64,000 bases of DNA from Desulfatitalea sp. UBA4791 (lineage in GTDB: Bacteria > Desulfobacterota > Desulfobacteria > Desulfobacterales > Desulfosarcinaceae), in contig DHGT01000124.1 in the NCBI GenBank assembly GCA_002402905.1, positions 47,462 through 111,461 on the forward strand. Reading direction: 5' to 3'. Made by a program: the position numbers and the translations under genes. The notes beneath the pieces were generated by a model that did not search any database, was not told where the DNA came from, and saw only the letters and a program-made list of their open reading frames with translations. Positions 1 through 14,044 of the stretch are shown here, one piece after another. The first letter of the stretch is position 1. Each line of letters starts with the position of its first letter.

Positions 1-72
1 CCATGGAGGGGACAAACCCGACTTTCACCATCCCGCGGGCTTTCGGCTCGAGCTTTAAGGTGACCCCATCGG

Positions 73-333
73 CTATTTTTCCTCCACGCGCGCCTGGGCC
101 TGGCGAATCACATCCAGGAGGCTGGCGACTTTGTTGGGCGGGGCCGGATGGGCGAGACGATCGAACGCCTCGGGGCTCAAGCAGGCCTTGAAATAGGCCG
201 TTACATCGAAAGATTCCCACCAGCAGTCGAGCACCTTGAAGCAGGGCCGGCCGTTTTCGCTGGTGCGACAAAATCGGAAGGACACCACGCTGCCCAATCG
301 CGGGCAGCGCCTCTCTTTTTCGTCGTAGAGCAT
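73..333 (-). CDS. Small hypothetical protein with four conserved-looking Cys (possible metal binding)
   Basis: 86-aa ORF with ATG start, non-shadow composition, RRCPRLG...FCR...PCFKVLDCWW; co-oriented downstream of trpB2. Confidence 0.65.
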   Translation of the reverse strand: MLYDEKERRCPRLGSVVSFRFCRTSENGRPCFKVLDCWWESFDVTAYFKACLSPEAFDRLAHPAPPNKVASLLDVIRQAQARVEEK

Positions 334-413
334 GGGACGGCACTTTCACAGCGGCGGCCGGCATCAGGGCGCGCGCCCTTACGCTCCGGCCGCCGCCTCG
401 CGATTCTCGAAGG

Positions 414-1790
414 TTAAAAACTCTTGATATGCTGCGGTTTGGGGTAACCGGCAAAGACAGACATGGATTTCCCCAGGTCGTCTTCGCTGAGGGCAAAATC
501 CTTCAGGTCCCCGTGCAGAAATTTTTCATATCCGGTCAGATCGAGCAGGCCATGGCCGCTGAAGTTGAAAACGATCACCTTCTCCTTGCCCTCCTCCTTG
601 GCCTTGTTGGCCTCGATCACCACCTGGGCCAGGGCGTTGGTGGTTTCGGGGGCCGGGATGACCCCTTCGGTGCGCGCCCAGAGGATGCCAGCTTTGAAGC
701 AGTCGCTTTGAACCACCGATTTGGGGGTAAGGATACCTTCATCGACCAACTGGCTGACGGTCGGCGCCATGCCATGATAGCGTAACCCTCCGGCATGGAT
801 GGGGGCCGGTACGAAGGCGTGCCCCAGGCTGTACATGGGCAGAAGCGGGGTATAACGGGCCGTGTCGCCATGATCGTATACGAACGGTGCTTTGGTCAGG
901 GTGGGGCAGGCCATGGGCTCGACCGGGAGGATCTCGATCTGCTTGCCGTTGATCTTGTCCAGGACAAAGGGAAAGGCCAGTCCGGCAAAGTTGCTGCCGC
1001 CGCCGGCGCATCCGATAATGATGTCCGGGTACTCGCCGATCATGGCGAGCTGTTTTTTGGCCTCCAGGCCGATGATGGTCTGGTGAAGCATGACATGGTT
1101 GAGCACGCTGCCCAACGAGTAGCGGGTCTTGCCGGTGGAATCGCCGACCGCCTGCTCGATGGCCTCGCTGATGGCAATGCCCAGGCTGCCCGGCGTATTG
1201 GGGTCCTTGGCCAAGGCCTCCTGGCCGGCTTTGGTTTCGTTGCTGGGGCTGGCCACGCACTCTCCGCCCCAGGTCTCCATCATGGCCTTGCGGTAGGGTT
1301 TTTGATCGAAGCTGATGCGCACCATGAAGACCTTGCAGGCCAGTCCGAATTGAGAGCAGGCAAAAGCCAACGCGCTGCCCCATTGGCCGGCACCCGTCTC
1401 GGTGGTCATGCGTTCGATGCCGAACACCTTATTATAATAGGCCTGGGGAACCGCCGTGTTGGGCTTGTGGCTGCCCGGAGGGCTGGCGCCTTCATATTTG
1501 AAATAGATCCGGGCCGGCGTTCCGAGCGCCTTCTCGAAACGGTCGGCGCGGGTCAGGGCGCCCGGCCGCCAGATGGAGAGCACATCGAGCACCGGTTCGG
1601 GTATGTCGATCCAACGCTCGGTGCTGACCTCCTGCTCGATGAGATTCATGGGGAACACCGGTGCCAGGGCGTCGGGCTGAATGGGTTTGCCATCCGGTCC
1701 CAGAGGTGGATTCATCTTGATGTCGGCGAGGATATTGTACCATTGGCGGGGAATCTCGTTTGCGGGCAGGATGACGCTTTTCGCTTTCAT
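414..1790 (-). CDS. trpB2: Stand-alone tryptophan synthase beta-2 (TrpB2-type PLP enzyme)
   Basis: 458 aa; [11 protein letters not shown]-lysine motif, [25 protein letters not shown]; AAGGAGG RBS. Confidence 0.93.
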   Translation of the reverse strand: MKAKSVILPANEIPRQWYNILADIKMNPPLGPDGKPIQPDALAPVFPMNLIEQEVSTERWIDIPEPVLDVLSIWRPGALTRADRFEKALGTPARIYFKYEGASPPGSHKPNTAVPQAYYNKVFGIERMTTETGAGQWGSALAFACSQFGLACKVFMVRISFDQKPYRKAMMETWGGECVASPSNETKAGQEALAKDPNTPGSLGIAISEAIEQAVGDSTGKTRYSLGSVLNHVMLHQTIIGLEAKKQLAMIGEYPDIIIGCAGGGSNFAGLAFPFVLDKINGKQIEILPVEPMACPTLTKAPFVYDHGDTARYTPLLPMYSLGHAFVPAPIHAGGLRYHGMAPTVSQLVDEGILTPKSVVQSDCFKAGILWARTEGVIPAPETTNALAQVVIEANKAKEEGKEKVIVFNFSGHGLLDLTGYEKFLHGDLKDFALSEDDLGKSMSVFAGYPKPQHIKSF

Positions 1791-1943
1791 TAAACAGCCT
1801 CCTTGGTCGTCGGTAAGGGCGTTATTTCGGGCCGATGATGTTCATGGCGATTTTTTTCGCGCAACCCTAAAAACAATGAAAAGCAGCCGGGTGTCAAGGT
1901 AAATTTGGATCGTCCGAAGCCGTTTCCAGAGGGGTCTCTCGTC

Positions 1944-2222
1944 TCATGGATCCTCCTTCAACTTTGCAAGATCCATGTTCTCCACGTGCATCATAAAACG
2001 CAGCATATCGTGGCAATCGTGCTTGGCCATCTTGTAAATGCAATCCTCCATGGCCTTGAGCGGATCCGCACCGACGTTCTGAAGCTTGACCAGGACGCTG
2101 TATAAAGCCTCCGGTTCACCTGGTCGCAAATCGAATCGCGCCTCCACATAGCGCAGGAAGTCCGCATAGGATTCGAAGGCTTCGAGCTTTTCCAAGGGTT
2201 GCATCTTCTCTTTAGAACTCAT
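1944..2222 (-). CDS. Hypothetical protein
   Basis: 92-aa ORF, AAGGA RBS, helical charged composition, occupies an otherwise empty interval. Confidence 0.6.
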   Translation of the reverse strand: MSSKEKMQPLEKLEAFESYADFLRYVEARFDLRPGEPEALYSVLVKLQNVGADPLKAMEDCIYKMAKHDCHDMLRFMMHVENMDLAKLKEDP

Positions 2223-2276
2223 GATTCGTATCCTTTTATGGTTTACCGGAGCCCGACGCCAAAGCGCCGGCCCCCC

Positions 2277-2304
2277 TTGCGATCACTTTTTAGACACCTA
2301 TAAT
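2277..2304 (+). promoter_or_regulatory. Sigma70-type promoter for the Cys-rich ORF and aceK
   Basis: TTGCGA(2277-2282)-N16-TATAAT(2299-2304) followed by an AT-rich tract. Confidence 0.5.
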
Positions 2305-2418
2305 ATAAAATTAAATTAAATCAAACTACCAGGGCTCCATGACCGGAGGGTACGTGTGAACCAACACGCGTCGCATATTCCAAATGACCTGATACGGCAT
2401 GGGCGAAAGGAGTGTGCC

Positions 2419-2640
2419 ATGAGCTATACATGCAAACGTTGCGGCGCCGTCGCCAAGGTGCCCGGACATTTGTGCAACCCCTGCAACGACAGGCAGCGGT
2501 GCCGTTTTTGCGGCGCACCGGATACTGATCCGATCCATGTGTGCAAATCCAAATTATCCGCTATGAAATATGTGTGCGACGGTTGCGGAAGAATCGCCAC
2601 CGATGCAGAGTTGCTCTGCAGACCGGCGGCCATCGGCTAG
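2419..2640 (+). CDS. Small Cys-rich protein with three CxxC-x8-(H/L)xC repeats
   Basis: AAGGAG RBS then ATG at 2419; 73 aa with 10 Cys. Confidence 0.75.
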   Translation: MSYTCKRCGAVAKVPGHLCNPCNDRQRCRFCGAPDTDPIHVCKSKLSAMKYVCDGCGRIATDAELLCRPAAIG

Positions 2641-2663
2641 CCAGAAAAGGCAGGTCAATTCGA

Positions 2664-4427
2664 ATGCATCCCGACAGACAAGCGCAGGTCGCCCAAGCAT
2701 CCGATCTGGTGTGGAATGGTTATGGGAAGTACACACGTGCATTTTCGTATATCTCCCAACGCGCCGCGGTCCGTTTCGAGCGGCGCGACTGGCTCGGCAT
2801 GCGCCAGGATACGGCTCGGCGACTCGATTTGTACACCAAGGTGGTGGTAGACACGTCTCGAAAACTCATCGATTTGTCAGGCCCGCAGGTCCAGAATCCT
2901 GCCGTATGGCGGAAGATAAAGCAATACTTCCAGGAACGGGCGCATCATCGTCATGACGCCGAACTGGCCTGCACCTTCTACAACTCGGTCAACCGCCGGA
3001 TCCTGCAAACGGTCGGCATCGATCCGGATCTTGAATTCATTGCCCCTCAACCCTCGCCCGACACCCCGCCCGATCATGCCCCCCTGATGTTCTCTCTGGA
3101 GGTTTCCAAGGTGACCGATGAGACCATCAAGGGCCTGATCGACCGTTTCAGACTGTGCACGCCTTTTGCGGATGTTGCGACCGATGCCCGCCTGTGCGCC
3201 GAACGCATCAATCTTCGCCTCAAGTCCATTGGCGGAGGTCATTGGCGAACGACCCTGCGCATCGACATGGTTGCCTCCCCGTTTTACCGGGAGATGGGGG
3301 CCTACCTGATCGGCCGCATGCGTATGGCGAATGTTCAGATGCCGCTGGTTTTCGCGTTAGGCAACGGTCCCGACGGGCTTTACGTGGATGCCCTGTTGCT
3401 CAGAACCGAAGAAGTTCGGGTCCTGTTCAGCTTCAGTCACACCTATTTTCATGTTCAAACCGCATGTCCCGGCGAGTTGGTGCGCTTTTTAAAAGAACTG
3501 ATGCCCACCAAGCGCATCGCCGAACTCTATATCGGACTGGGATACAACAAGCACGGCAAGACCGAACTGTACCGGGACCTGATCGCCCACCGGGAGGTCT
3601 GCGGCCTGGATCGCTTCCAATTTTCCCCCGGACAGCGGGGCATGGTCATGATCGCCTTCAACATGCCCCAGGACAACCTGATCTACAAACTGATCCGAGA
3701 CCGCTTCGCCTCTCCCAAGCACGCCACCCCGCAGCAGGTGATGGAAAAGTACGACTATGTTTTCAGGCACGACCGGGCCGGACGCCTGATCGATGTGCAG
3801 ACCTTCGAAAACCTGGAAATCGAGGATTGCTGCTTTACCCCGGATTTGTTGAATGAAATTGAAACCGGTGCCCGGCGCACCGCCACCGTCGACGGCAACC
3901 GGGTCGTCCTGCACCATGTCTACGTGGAAAGACGTCTCATTCCCCTGGACGTCTATCTCAAACAAGCCGATGCCGCCGATGCCAAGGCGGCCGTCATCGA
4001 TTATGGCCGGGCGATCAAGGACCTGGCGCACATCAATGTGTTTCCAGGGGATATGCTGCTTAAAAATTTCGGGGTCACCCAGTTGGGACGGGTCATTTTT
4101 TACGACTACGACGAATTGTGCCCGCTGACCGACTGCCATTTCCGTTGGCTGCCCCAGGCCCGGGCGTACGAAGACGAAATGGCTGCCGAACCGTGGTACA
4201 TGGTGGCGGAAAACGACGTGTTTCCCGAGGAATTCGCCCGTTTCCTGGCCATGCCCGCGGATCTGCGGGACATCTTCATGAAACACCACGCCGATCTATT
4301 GACCCCCGAATTCTGGATCGAGAGCCAGGAGCAGATCCGCTCCGGTGCGCTGACCCCGATCCTGCCCTACAATCAAGCGCAACGGTTGCGGCCCGGCCAC
4401 CTGTCCCAACCGGACCGGATCCCATAA
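2664..4427 (+). CDS. aceK: Isocitrate dehydrogenase kinase/phosphatase
   Basis: ELACTFYNSV, KHGKTELYR, PGQRGMVM, YKLIRDRF, DRAGRLIDVQ, FPGDMLLKNFGV, FYDYDEL, DVFPEEF; start taken at MHPD. Confidence 0.95.
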   Translation: MHPDRQAQVAQASDLVWNGYGKYTRAFSYISQRAAVRFERRDWLGMRQDTARRLDLYTKVVVDTSRKLIDLSGPQVQNPAVWRKIKQYFQERAHHRHDAELACTFYNSVNRRILQTVGIDPDLEFIAPQPSPDTPPDHAPLMFSLEVSKVTDETIKGLIDRFRLCTPFADVATDARLCAERINLRLKSIGGGHWRTTLRIDMVASPFYREMGAYLIGRMRMANVQMPLVFALGNGPDGLYVDALLLRTEEVRVLFSFSHTYFHVQTACPGELVRFLKELMPTKRIAELYIGLGYNKHGKTELYRDLIAHREVCGLDRFQFSPGQRGMVMIAFNMPQDNLIYKLIRDRFASPKHATPQQVMEKYDYVFRHDRAGRLIDVQTFENLEIEDCCFTPDLLNEIETGARRTATVDGNRVVLHHVYVERRLIPLDVYLKQADAADAKAAVIDYGRAIKDLAHINVFPGDMLLKNFGVTQLGRVIFYDYDELCPLTDCHFRWLPQARAYEDEMAAEPWYMVAENDVFPEEFARFLAMPADLRDIFMKHHADLLTPEFWIESQEQIRSGALTPILPYNQAQRLRPGHLSQPDRIP

Positions 4428-4467
4428 GGAGCATTCAGTTAGGATCCCCGGGTGAAAAACAGCCTGG

Positions 4468-4495
4468 TTGACATCCAGAAGCCATCGCTTATTAT
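4468..4495 (+). promoter_or_regulatory. Sigma70 promoter for aceBA
   Basis: TTGACA(4468-4473)-N16-TATTAT(4490-4495). Confidence 0.6.
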
Positions 4496-4553
4496 AGTTC
4501 CATCGCCGGGTTGGTAACTATCTGAATGCCACTGCAATCCGTGGGGCTTTTCC

Positions 4554-4578
4554 GCCCACCGCATGCCCACCGCATGCC
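4554..4578. repeat. 11-bp tandem duplication in the aceB leader
   Basis: GCCCACCGCAT x2 followed by GCC. Confidence 0.75.
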
Positions 4579-4692
4579 AATCGACTGACCTTCACGGCGA
4601 TCGTTAGCCATCGTTCCGCCTTTGAATGCACCATCTGGACTCAGGCCGCCACCCGGCGGCCTTAACCCGACAGGACCTTCCGGAGGCCTACC

Positions 4693-6291
<1,599 letters not shown>

Positions 6292-6308
6292 AGGAAAGGA
6301 GTTCGTTT

Positions 6309-7646
6309 ATGCAAACCATCGCTGAAAAAGCCCAGGCCCTTTGCGATCGGCTCTCTTGCCATGAAATATTTCCCGACGAGATTTCCGCACTGGAATATGT
6401 ATGGGAAAACGATCCCCGTTGGACGGGCATCGTCCGGCCCTATAGCGCCGAAGACGTATTGAAATTGCGCGGCACCCTGAAGATCGAAAACACCCTGGCC
6501 GACGCCGGTGCTCAGCGACTCTGGCAACTGCTGCACACGGAAAAGTATATCCCGGCCCTGGGCGCCCTGACCGGGAACCAGGCGGTTCAGCAGGTCGAGG
6601 CCGGTTTGAAGGCCATCTACCTGAGCGGTTGGCAGGTGGCGGCCGACAACAATCTGGCCGGCCAGATGTATCCCGACCAAAGCCTCTACCCGGCCAACAG
6701 CGTGCCGTCCGTGGTGCGCAAAATCAACAACGCCCTTCGGCGCGCCGATCAGATCCAGGTGCTCGACGGCCGCAAAAACGGTCCCTATTGGTACGCCCCC
6801 ATCGTGGCCGATGCGGAGGCCGGCTTCGGCGGGCCGCTCAATGCGTTCGAACTGATGCGTGACATGATCGAGGCCGGCGCCGCCGGAGTTCACTTCGAAG
6901 ATCAACTGGCTTCGGCCAAAAAATGCGGTCACATGGGCGGCAAGGTACTTGTGCCGGCCCAGGAGTTCATCACCAAGCTGATCGCCGCTCGTCTGGCAGC
7001 GGACATCTGCGGCGTGCCCACCGTGCTCATCGCCCGCACCGACGCCGAGGCCGCCCGTCTGCTGACCAGCGACATCGACGAACGGGACAAGCCGTTTCTG
7101 CTCGATCAACCGCGATCCTCCGAGGGGTTTTACTATATCAACGCCGGCATCGACCTGGCCATTGCCCGCGGTCTGGCCTACGCCCCCTATGCCGACATCA
7201 TCTGGTGCGAGACCCAGAAACCCGACATCATTGAGGCCCGGCGCTTCGCCGAAGGCATTCATGCCAAATTTCCCGGCAAGCTCCTGGCCTACAACTGCTC
7301 GCCCTCTTTCAACTGGAAGGCGCACCTGGACGACAAGGTTATCGCCAATTTTCAAAATGAATTGGCCGAAATGGGCTACAAATTCCAGTTCGTGACCCTG
7401 GCCGGCTTCCATACCCTGAACCTGGGCATGTTCGACCTGGCCCACAGCTACAAAACCGAAGGCATGGCCGCATACGCCCGTTTTCAGCAGGCGGAGTTCG
7501 CCCATGGCAAAGAGGACGGCTACATGGCCACCACCCACCAGAAATTCGTGGGCACCGGCTATTTCGACCGTGTGCTCAACAGCATCACCGAAGGCCTATC
7601 TTCGGTTTCGGCCCTGAAAGGATCCACCGAAGAGGCCCAGTTCTAG
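6309..7646 (+). CDS. aceA: Isocitrate lyase
   Basis: KKCGHMGGK signature, [29 protein letters not shown]-terminus. Confidence 0.97.
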   Translation: MQTIAEKAQALCDRLSCHEIFPDEISALEYVWENDPRWTGIVRPYSAEDVLKLRGTLKIENTLADAGAQRLWQLLHTEKYIPALGALTGNQAVQQVEAGLKAIYLSGWQVAADNNLAGQMYPDQSLYPANSVPSVVRKINNALRRADQIQVLDGRKNGPYWYAPIVADAEAGFGGPLNAFELMRDMIEAGAAGVHFEDQLASAKKCGHMGGKVLVPAQEFITKLIAARLAADICGVPTVLIARTDAEAARLLTSDIDERDKPFLLDQPRSSEGFYYINAGIDLAIARGLAYAPYADIIWCETQKPDIIEARRFAEGIHAKFPGKLLAYNCSPSFNWKAHLDDKVIANFQNELAEMGYKFQFVTLAGFHTLNLGMFDLAHSYKTEGMAAYARFQQAEFAHGKEDGYMATTHQKFVGTGYFDRVLNSITEGLSSVSALKGSTEEAQF

Positions 7647-7757
7647 CTTCTCGGCGCGCCCACCATGGGCGTAAAGATCCTCGGTGTTGTTCTGTGCACC
7701 GCCTTTCTCGCCTGCGCCGTGCGGTTCTCCGCCGGCCAGGCGAACATCGATATCGCA

Positions 7758-9083
7758 ATGAAAAAGGCCAAAACCCGCATCATCCGGTTCCTCGAAACCG
7801 AAATCTGGCGTCTGGACAAGAGCGATCTCCCCACGGTCAGGGCCCTCTTGCTCAAACCCATGCGGGTCCTGCTGTTGACCGTTCAAGGCTACGTACGCGA
7901 CGACTGCGCCTTGCGGGCGTCGGCCCTGACGTTCTACAGCCTGCTGGCCGTCGTTCCGGTGGCCGCCATGGCCTTTGGCATCGCCAAGGGGTTTGGCCTG
8001 GAACAACGCCTGGAAAAGATGTTTTATCAGCATTTGGCCGGCCAGGAAGTGGTCGTGGACAAAATTATCACGTTTGCCCGCTCGCTGTTGGCCAATACAC
8101 AGGGCGGATTGATCGCCGGTATCGGGGTGGTGGTGCTGTTCTGGTCGGCCGTCAAGGTCCTCAACCACATCGAGGACACGCTCAACGACATCTGGAAGGT
8201 CCAATCCCGCTCGTTCGTCCGCAAATTTACCGACTATCTGGCCATCCTGGTCATCGGCCCGCTGCTGGTCATCCTTTCGAGCAGCATCAACCTCTTCATC
8301 ATGGCCCAGGTCGAGGCCATCACCGGCCGGTTGGCCCTGCTCAAAATGGCCAGCCCGGTGATCTTTCTGATGCTCAGATGGCTGCCCTTCGCATTGACCT
8401 GGCTCCTGTTCATTCTCATTTATATCGTTCTGCCCAACACGCGCGTTCGGTTTTCCTCGGCCCTGCTGGCCGGTATCTTCGCCGGTACGCTGTTTCAAAT
8501 CACCCAATGGGCCTATATCCACCTCCAGGTGTTTCTGTCCAACTATAACGCCATTTACGGCAGCTTCGCCGCGCTGCCCTTTTTCCTCATCTGGATGTAT
8601 TTCAGTTGGATGATCGTGCTCATGGGTGCGCAATTCGCCTATGCCCATCAGCATGTGGATGCGTATGCCATGCAGGTCGATTTCCAGGAAATGAATTTAC
8701 GCACGCGAAAATCGCATACCCTGACGGTACTGCGGTTGATCGTTTCCAATTTTGAAAACGGCGGCCCGCCTCTTCCCATCCGGGAAATTGCGGAGCGTCT
8801 CGCGTGGCCCTCCGGACTGGTCGCGCTATTGATCGATCAATTGGTCCAAAGCAACATCGTTTCCGCGGTCGAAATGGAAACGGCGGAAGAGATCGGCTAT
8901 CAACCGGCCCGGGATATTCATGGCATAACGGTGGCCGATGTCCTGTTGCCCATGGGCGACGCAGCCCCGGAGGAGCGGAGGGCGCCAGTCGGGCATGGGG
9001 TTGAACGCATGATGGACGTGTTGGACAAACTGGAACATGACATCCGGAAGGCACCGGCCAATCGCCTGGTCAAGGATCTCTGA
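7758..9083 (+). CDS. YihY/BrkB family inner membrane protein with C-terminal winged-helix-like domain
   Basis: ASALTFYSLLAVVP, YNAIYGSFAALP, about 6 TM segments; C-terminal GYQPARDIHGITVADV; start at MKKAK (alternative 7665). Confidence 0.88.
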   Translation: MKKAKTRIIRFLETEIWRLDKSDLPTVRALLLKPMRVLLLTVQGYVRDDCALRASALTFYSLLAVVPVAAMAFGIAKGFGLEQRLEKMFYQHLAGQEVVVDKIITFARSLLANTQGGLIAGIGVVVLFWSAVKVLNHIEDTLNDIWKVQSRSFVRKFTDYLAILVIGPLLVILSSSINLFIMAQVEAITGRLALLKMASPVIFLMLRWLPFALTWLLFILIYIVLPNTRVRFSSALLAGIFAGTLFQITQWAYIHLQVFLSNYNAIYGSFAALPFFLIWMYFSWMIVLMGAQFAYAHQHVDAYAMQVDFQEMNLRTRKSHTLTVLRLIVSNFENGGPPLPIREIAERLAWPSGLVALLIDQLVQSNIVSAVEMETAEEIGYQPARDIHGITVADVLLPMGDAAPEERRAPVGHGVERMMDVLDKLEHDIRKAPANRLVKDL

Positions 9084-9095
9084 GGGGTTTGCGGG

Positions 9096-9677
9096 CTAAA
9101 AGATGTATTTGATCCCGACAAAACCGAGGACCAGCAACACCACGAAGGTGACCGCCATGAGGTCGAAATAGCGATCGATCACCCTCTGGATGCCGGGACC
9201 GAATTTGTAAATCAAGCCGGCGACCAGAAAAAAACGCGCCGAACGGGAAACCAGCGAGGCCAGCACAAAAACGGCGAAGTCGATCCGGAACATCCCGGCC
9301 GCGATGGTAAACACTTTGTAGGGAATCGGTGTGAACCCGGCAATGCCCACGGCCCACGCGTTGTAACGCCGGTATAGATCACCGATATAGTCGACCTTGT
9401 CGGCAAAGCCGTAAAGCTCCACGATGCGCTGGCCGATGCCGGTCATGAAGCCATAGCCGATGGCGTATCCGATACAGCCGCCAATGAGCGATCCCAACGC
9501 GCACACCCATGCATAGCGGAATGCCTTGGCGGGCTTGGCCACGGCCAGAGCGATAAGAAGCACATCCGGGGGGATTGGGAAAAACGAGGCCTCGGCCAGG
9601 GAGAGAAAAAAAAGGGCCCATGTGCTGTAAGGTGTCTCGGCCCAATGAAGCACCCAGTCGTACAGCCGTCGCAACAT
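9096..9677 (-). CDS. YqaA/DedA (VTT domain) membrane protein
   Basis: EASFFPIPPDVLL, AGFTPIPYKVFTI. Confidence 0.9.
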   Translation of the reverse strand: MLRRLYDWVLHWAETPYSTWALFFLSLAEASFFPIPPDVLLIALAVAKPAKAFRYAWVCALGSLIGGCIGYAIGYGFMTGIGQRIVELYGFADKVDYIGDLYRRYNAWAVGIAGFTPIPYKVFTIAAGMFRIDFAVFVLASLVSRSARFFLVAGLIYKFGPGIQRVIDRYFDLMAVTFVVLLVLGFVGIKYIF

Positions 9678-10322
9678 CTATGGCTCTCTCCAGCCGTGCT
9701 CCCCAATCAACTTGACAAAACGGCAGCCGCCGAGATTGACTTGGTGGATTCCTCTCTCATCGCGAACCAGCCGGACCAGATCCTGGCTGTACTGGTTGCC
9801 CACGGGAATCACCATTCGGCCGCCAACCGCCAACTGGTTGACCAGGACGGCGGGGATTTCAGGCGCCCCGGCCGTCACGATGATCGCATCGAAAGGACTC
9901 TCGTCCCGCCATCCCGATGTACCGTCGGAATAACGGGTGACAATGTTATGGTATCCGAGTTGGTCGAAAAGCTTGCGCGCCTTGACATAGAGGCTGTGAA
10001 TGCGTTCGATGGTGTAGACCCGAAAGGCGATCTGGGCCAGAATCGCCGCCTGGTATCCCGATCCGGTGCCGATCTCAAGAACGCGATCGTCCTTGGTCAG
10101 CTGGAGGGCCTGGGTCATTTCGGCCACGATGTAGGGCTGGGAGATGGTCTGCTGCTCGCCGATGGGCAGGGGAAAATCGCTATAGGCCTGATCCATCAGG
10201 GCTTCACTGACGAAGAGATGTCGCGGCACTTTGCGCATGGCCGCCAACACGTTGGGGTCCGTGATACCCCGGGCCTCGATCTGCTTCTCGACCATGTCGT
10301 TGCGTAAACGATCAAACTTCAT
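9678..10322 (-). CDS. pcm: Protein-L-isoaspartate O-methyltransferase
   Basis: [39 protein letters not shown]. Confidence 0.95.
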   Translation of the reverse strand: MKFDRLRNDMVEKQIEARGITDPNVLAAMRKVPRHLFVSEALMDQAYSDFPLPIGEQQTISQPYIVAEMTQALQLTKDDRVLEIGTGSGYQAAILAQIAFRVYTIERIHSLYVKARKLFDQLGYHNIVTRYSDGTSGWRDESPFDAIIVTAGAPEIPAVLVNQLAVGGRMVIPVGNQYSQDLVRLVRDERGIHQVNLGGCRFVKLIGEHGWREP

Positions 10323-10444
10323 CGGCGTTTCCACTCCCGGCCACCGTCTATCAGAGCATCGGCACACGGTCAAGCGCATATTGAGGCCCCAGGACCCCGC
10401 AACTGTTCAATCTCCTTGGTTTTTACCCGAATAGATCCTCCCGG

Positions 10445-11032
10445 TTAGATCTTGTAAATTACCCGATCTTCGGTAATGACGATATCCACATGCTTATCGT
10501 GGCTTTCCAGAGGAACCGACGAGACAATCTGCAGTTCATAGACCAACCCCACCTTGCGGGTGGTAATGGGCAGGTCCGGAATCAACCGGTCGTAATAGCC
10601 ATTGCCCTGTCCGACGCGACCTCCCTTTTCGTCCATGGCCACGCCGGGAATGATGGCGATATCCAGGCAATCGATGGGCACCGACTTGCATCTTTTGGGG
10701 TTGGGCTCCAGATTGCCCCGTGTGCCTTGAGCCAGGTCCCGGTTCAAATCGTCGACCTTGAACAGGCGCATGCTGCGCGAATTGGGATCGAATGCGGGCA
10801 ACACGATGATCTTGCCGTACAGGTAGCTTCTTCGAATGATTTCCAGCGTATCTACTTCGTTCGGGGCAGGGGTGTACAACAGAACGATACGGGACTCTAA
10901 AAAATTAGCGAATTCAAACAACCGGTTCTCTATTGCGCGGGTGCGCTGGGTCACCTCATCGGCAGACAAAGCGGAGATCTTGCGTGCCACTTCGTTGCGG
11001 ATGTCCTGCTTCTTCTCTCGAATTTCCTCCAT
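10445..11032 (-). CDS. 5-formyltetrahydrofolate cyclo-ligase
   Basis: EVDT, IIPGVAMD..GGRVGQGNGYYDR, ESHDKHVDIVITE; GGAG RBS before MEEIREK. Confidence 0.9.
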   Translation of the reverse strand: MEEIREKKQDIRNEVARKISALSADEVTQRTRAIENRLFEFANFLESRIVLLYTPAPNEVDTLEIIRRSYLYGKIIVLPAFDPNSRSMRLFKVDDLNRDLAQGTRGNLEPNPKRCKSVPIDCLDIAIIPGVAMDEKGGRVGQGNGYYDRLIPDLPITTRKVGLVYELQIVSSVPLESHDKHVDIVITEDRVIYKI

Positions 11033-11108
11033 TGCGTTCTCCGGTAAACTGGGTGTGAAAAAAAGACCGTTTGCGGCAACCTCGGACAAGGTCAACTCAT
11101 AATGATCA

Positions 11109-11137
11109 TTGACTAAATCATATGCCTACAGTATATT
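11109..11137 (+). promoter_or_regulatory. Sigma70 promoter for serS
   Basis: TTGACT(11109-11114)-N17-TATATT(11132-11137). Confidence 0.65.
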
Positions 11138-11156
11138 CTGAGCCATTGTTCACGTT

Positions 11157-11202
11157 TGGCCTCGTCTTCCTCGTTGGCTGGCAAGACCGAGGCCATCTTT
11201 TT
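11157..11202 (+). promoter_or_regulatory. Terminator-like hairpin within the serS 5' leader (candidate attenuator)
   Basis: TGGCCTCGTCTT pairs with AAGA(C)CGAGGCCA, followed by TCTTTTT; lies between the promoter and the serS ATG. Confidence 0.5.
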
Positions 11203-11210
11203 CCGCATAA

Positions 11211-14040
<2,830 letters not shown>

Positions 14041-14044
<4 letters not shown>

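Noticed and set aside
1-70. Possible start of a minus-strand gene running off the window (MVKVGFVPSM...)
   Set aside because: Only about 10 codons are visible; cannot be supported.
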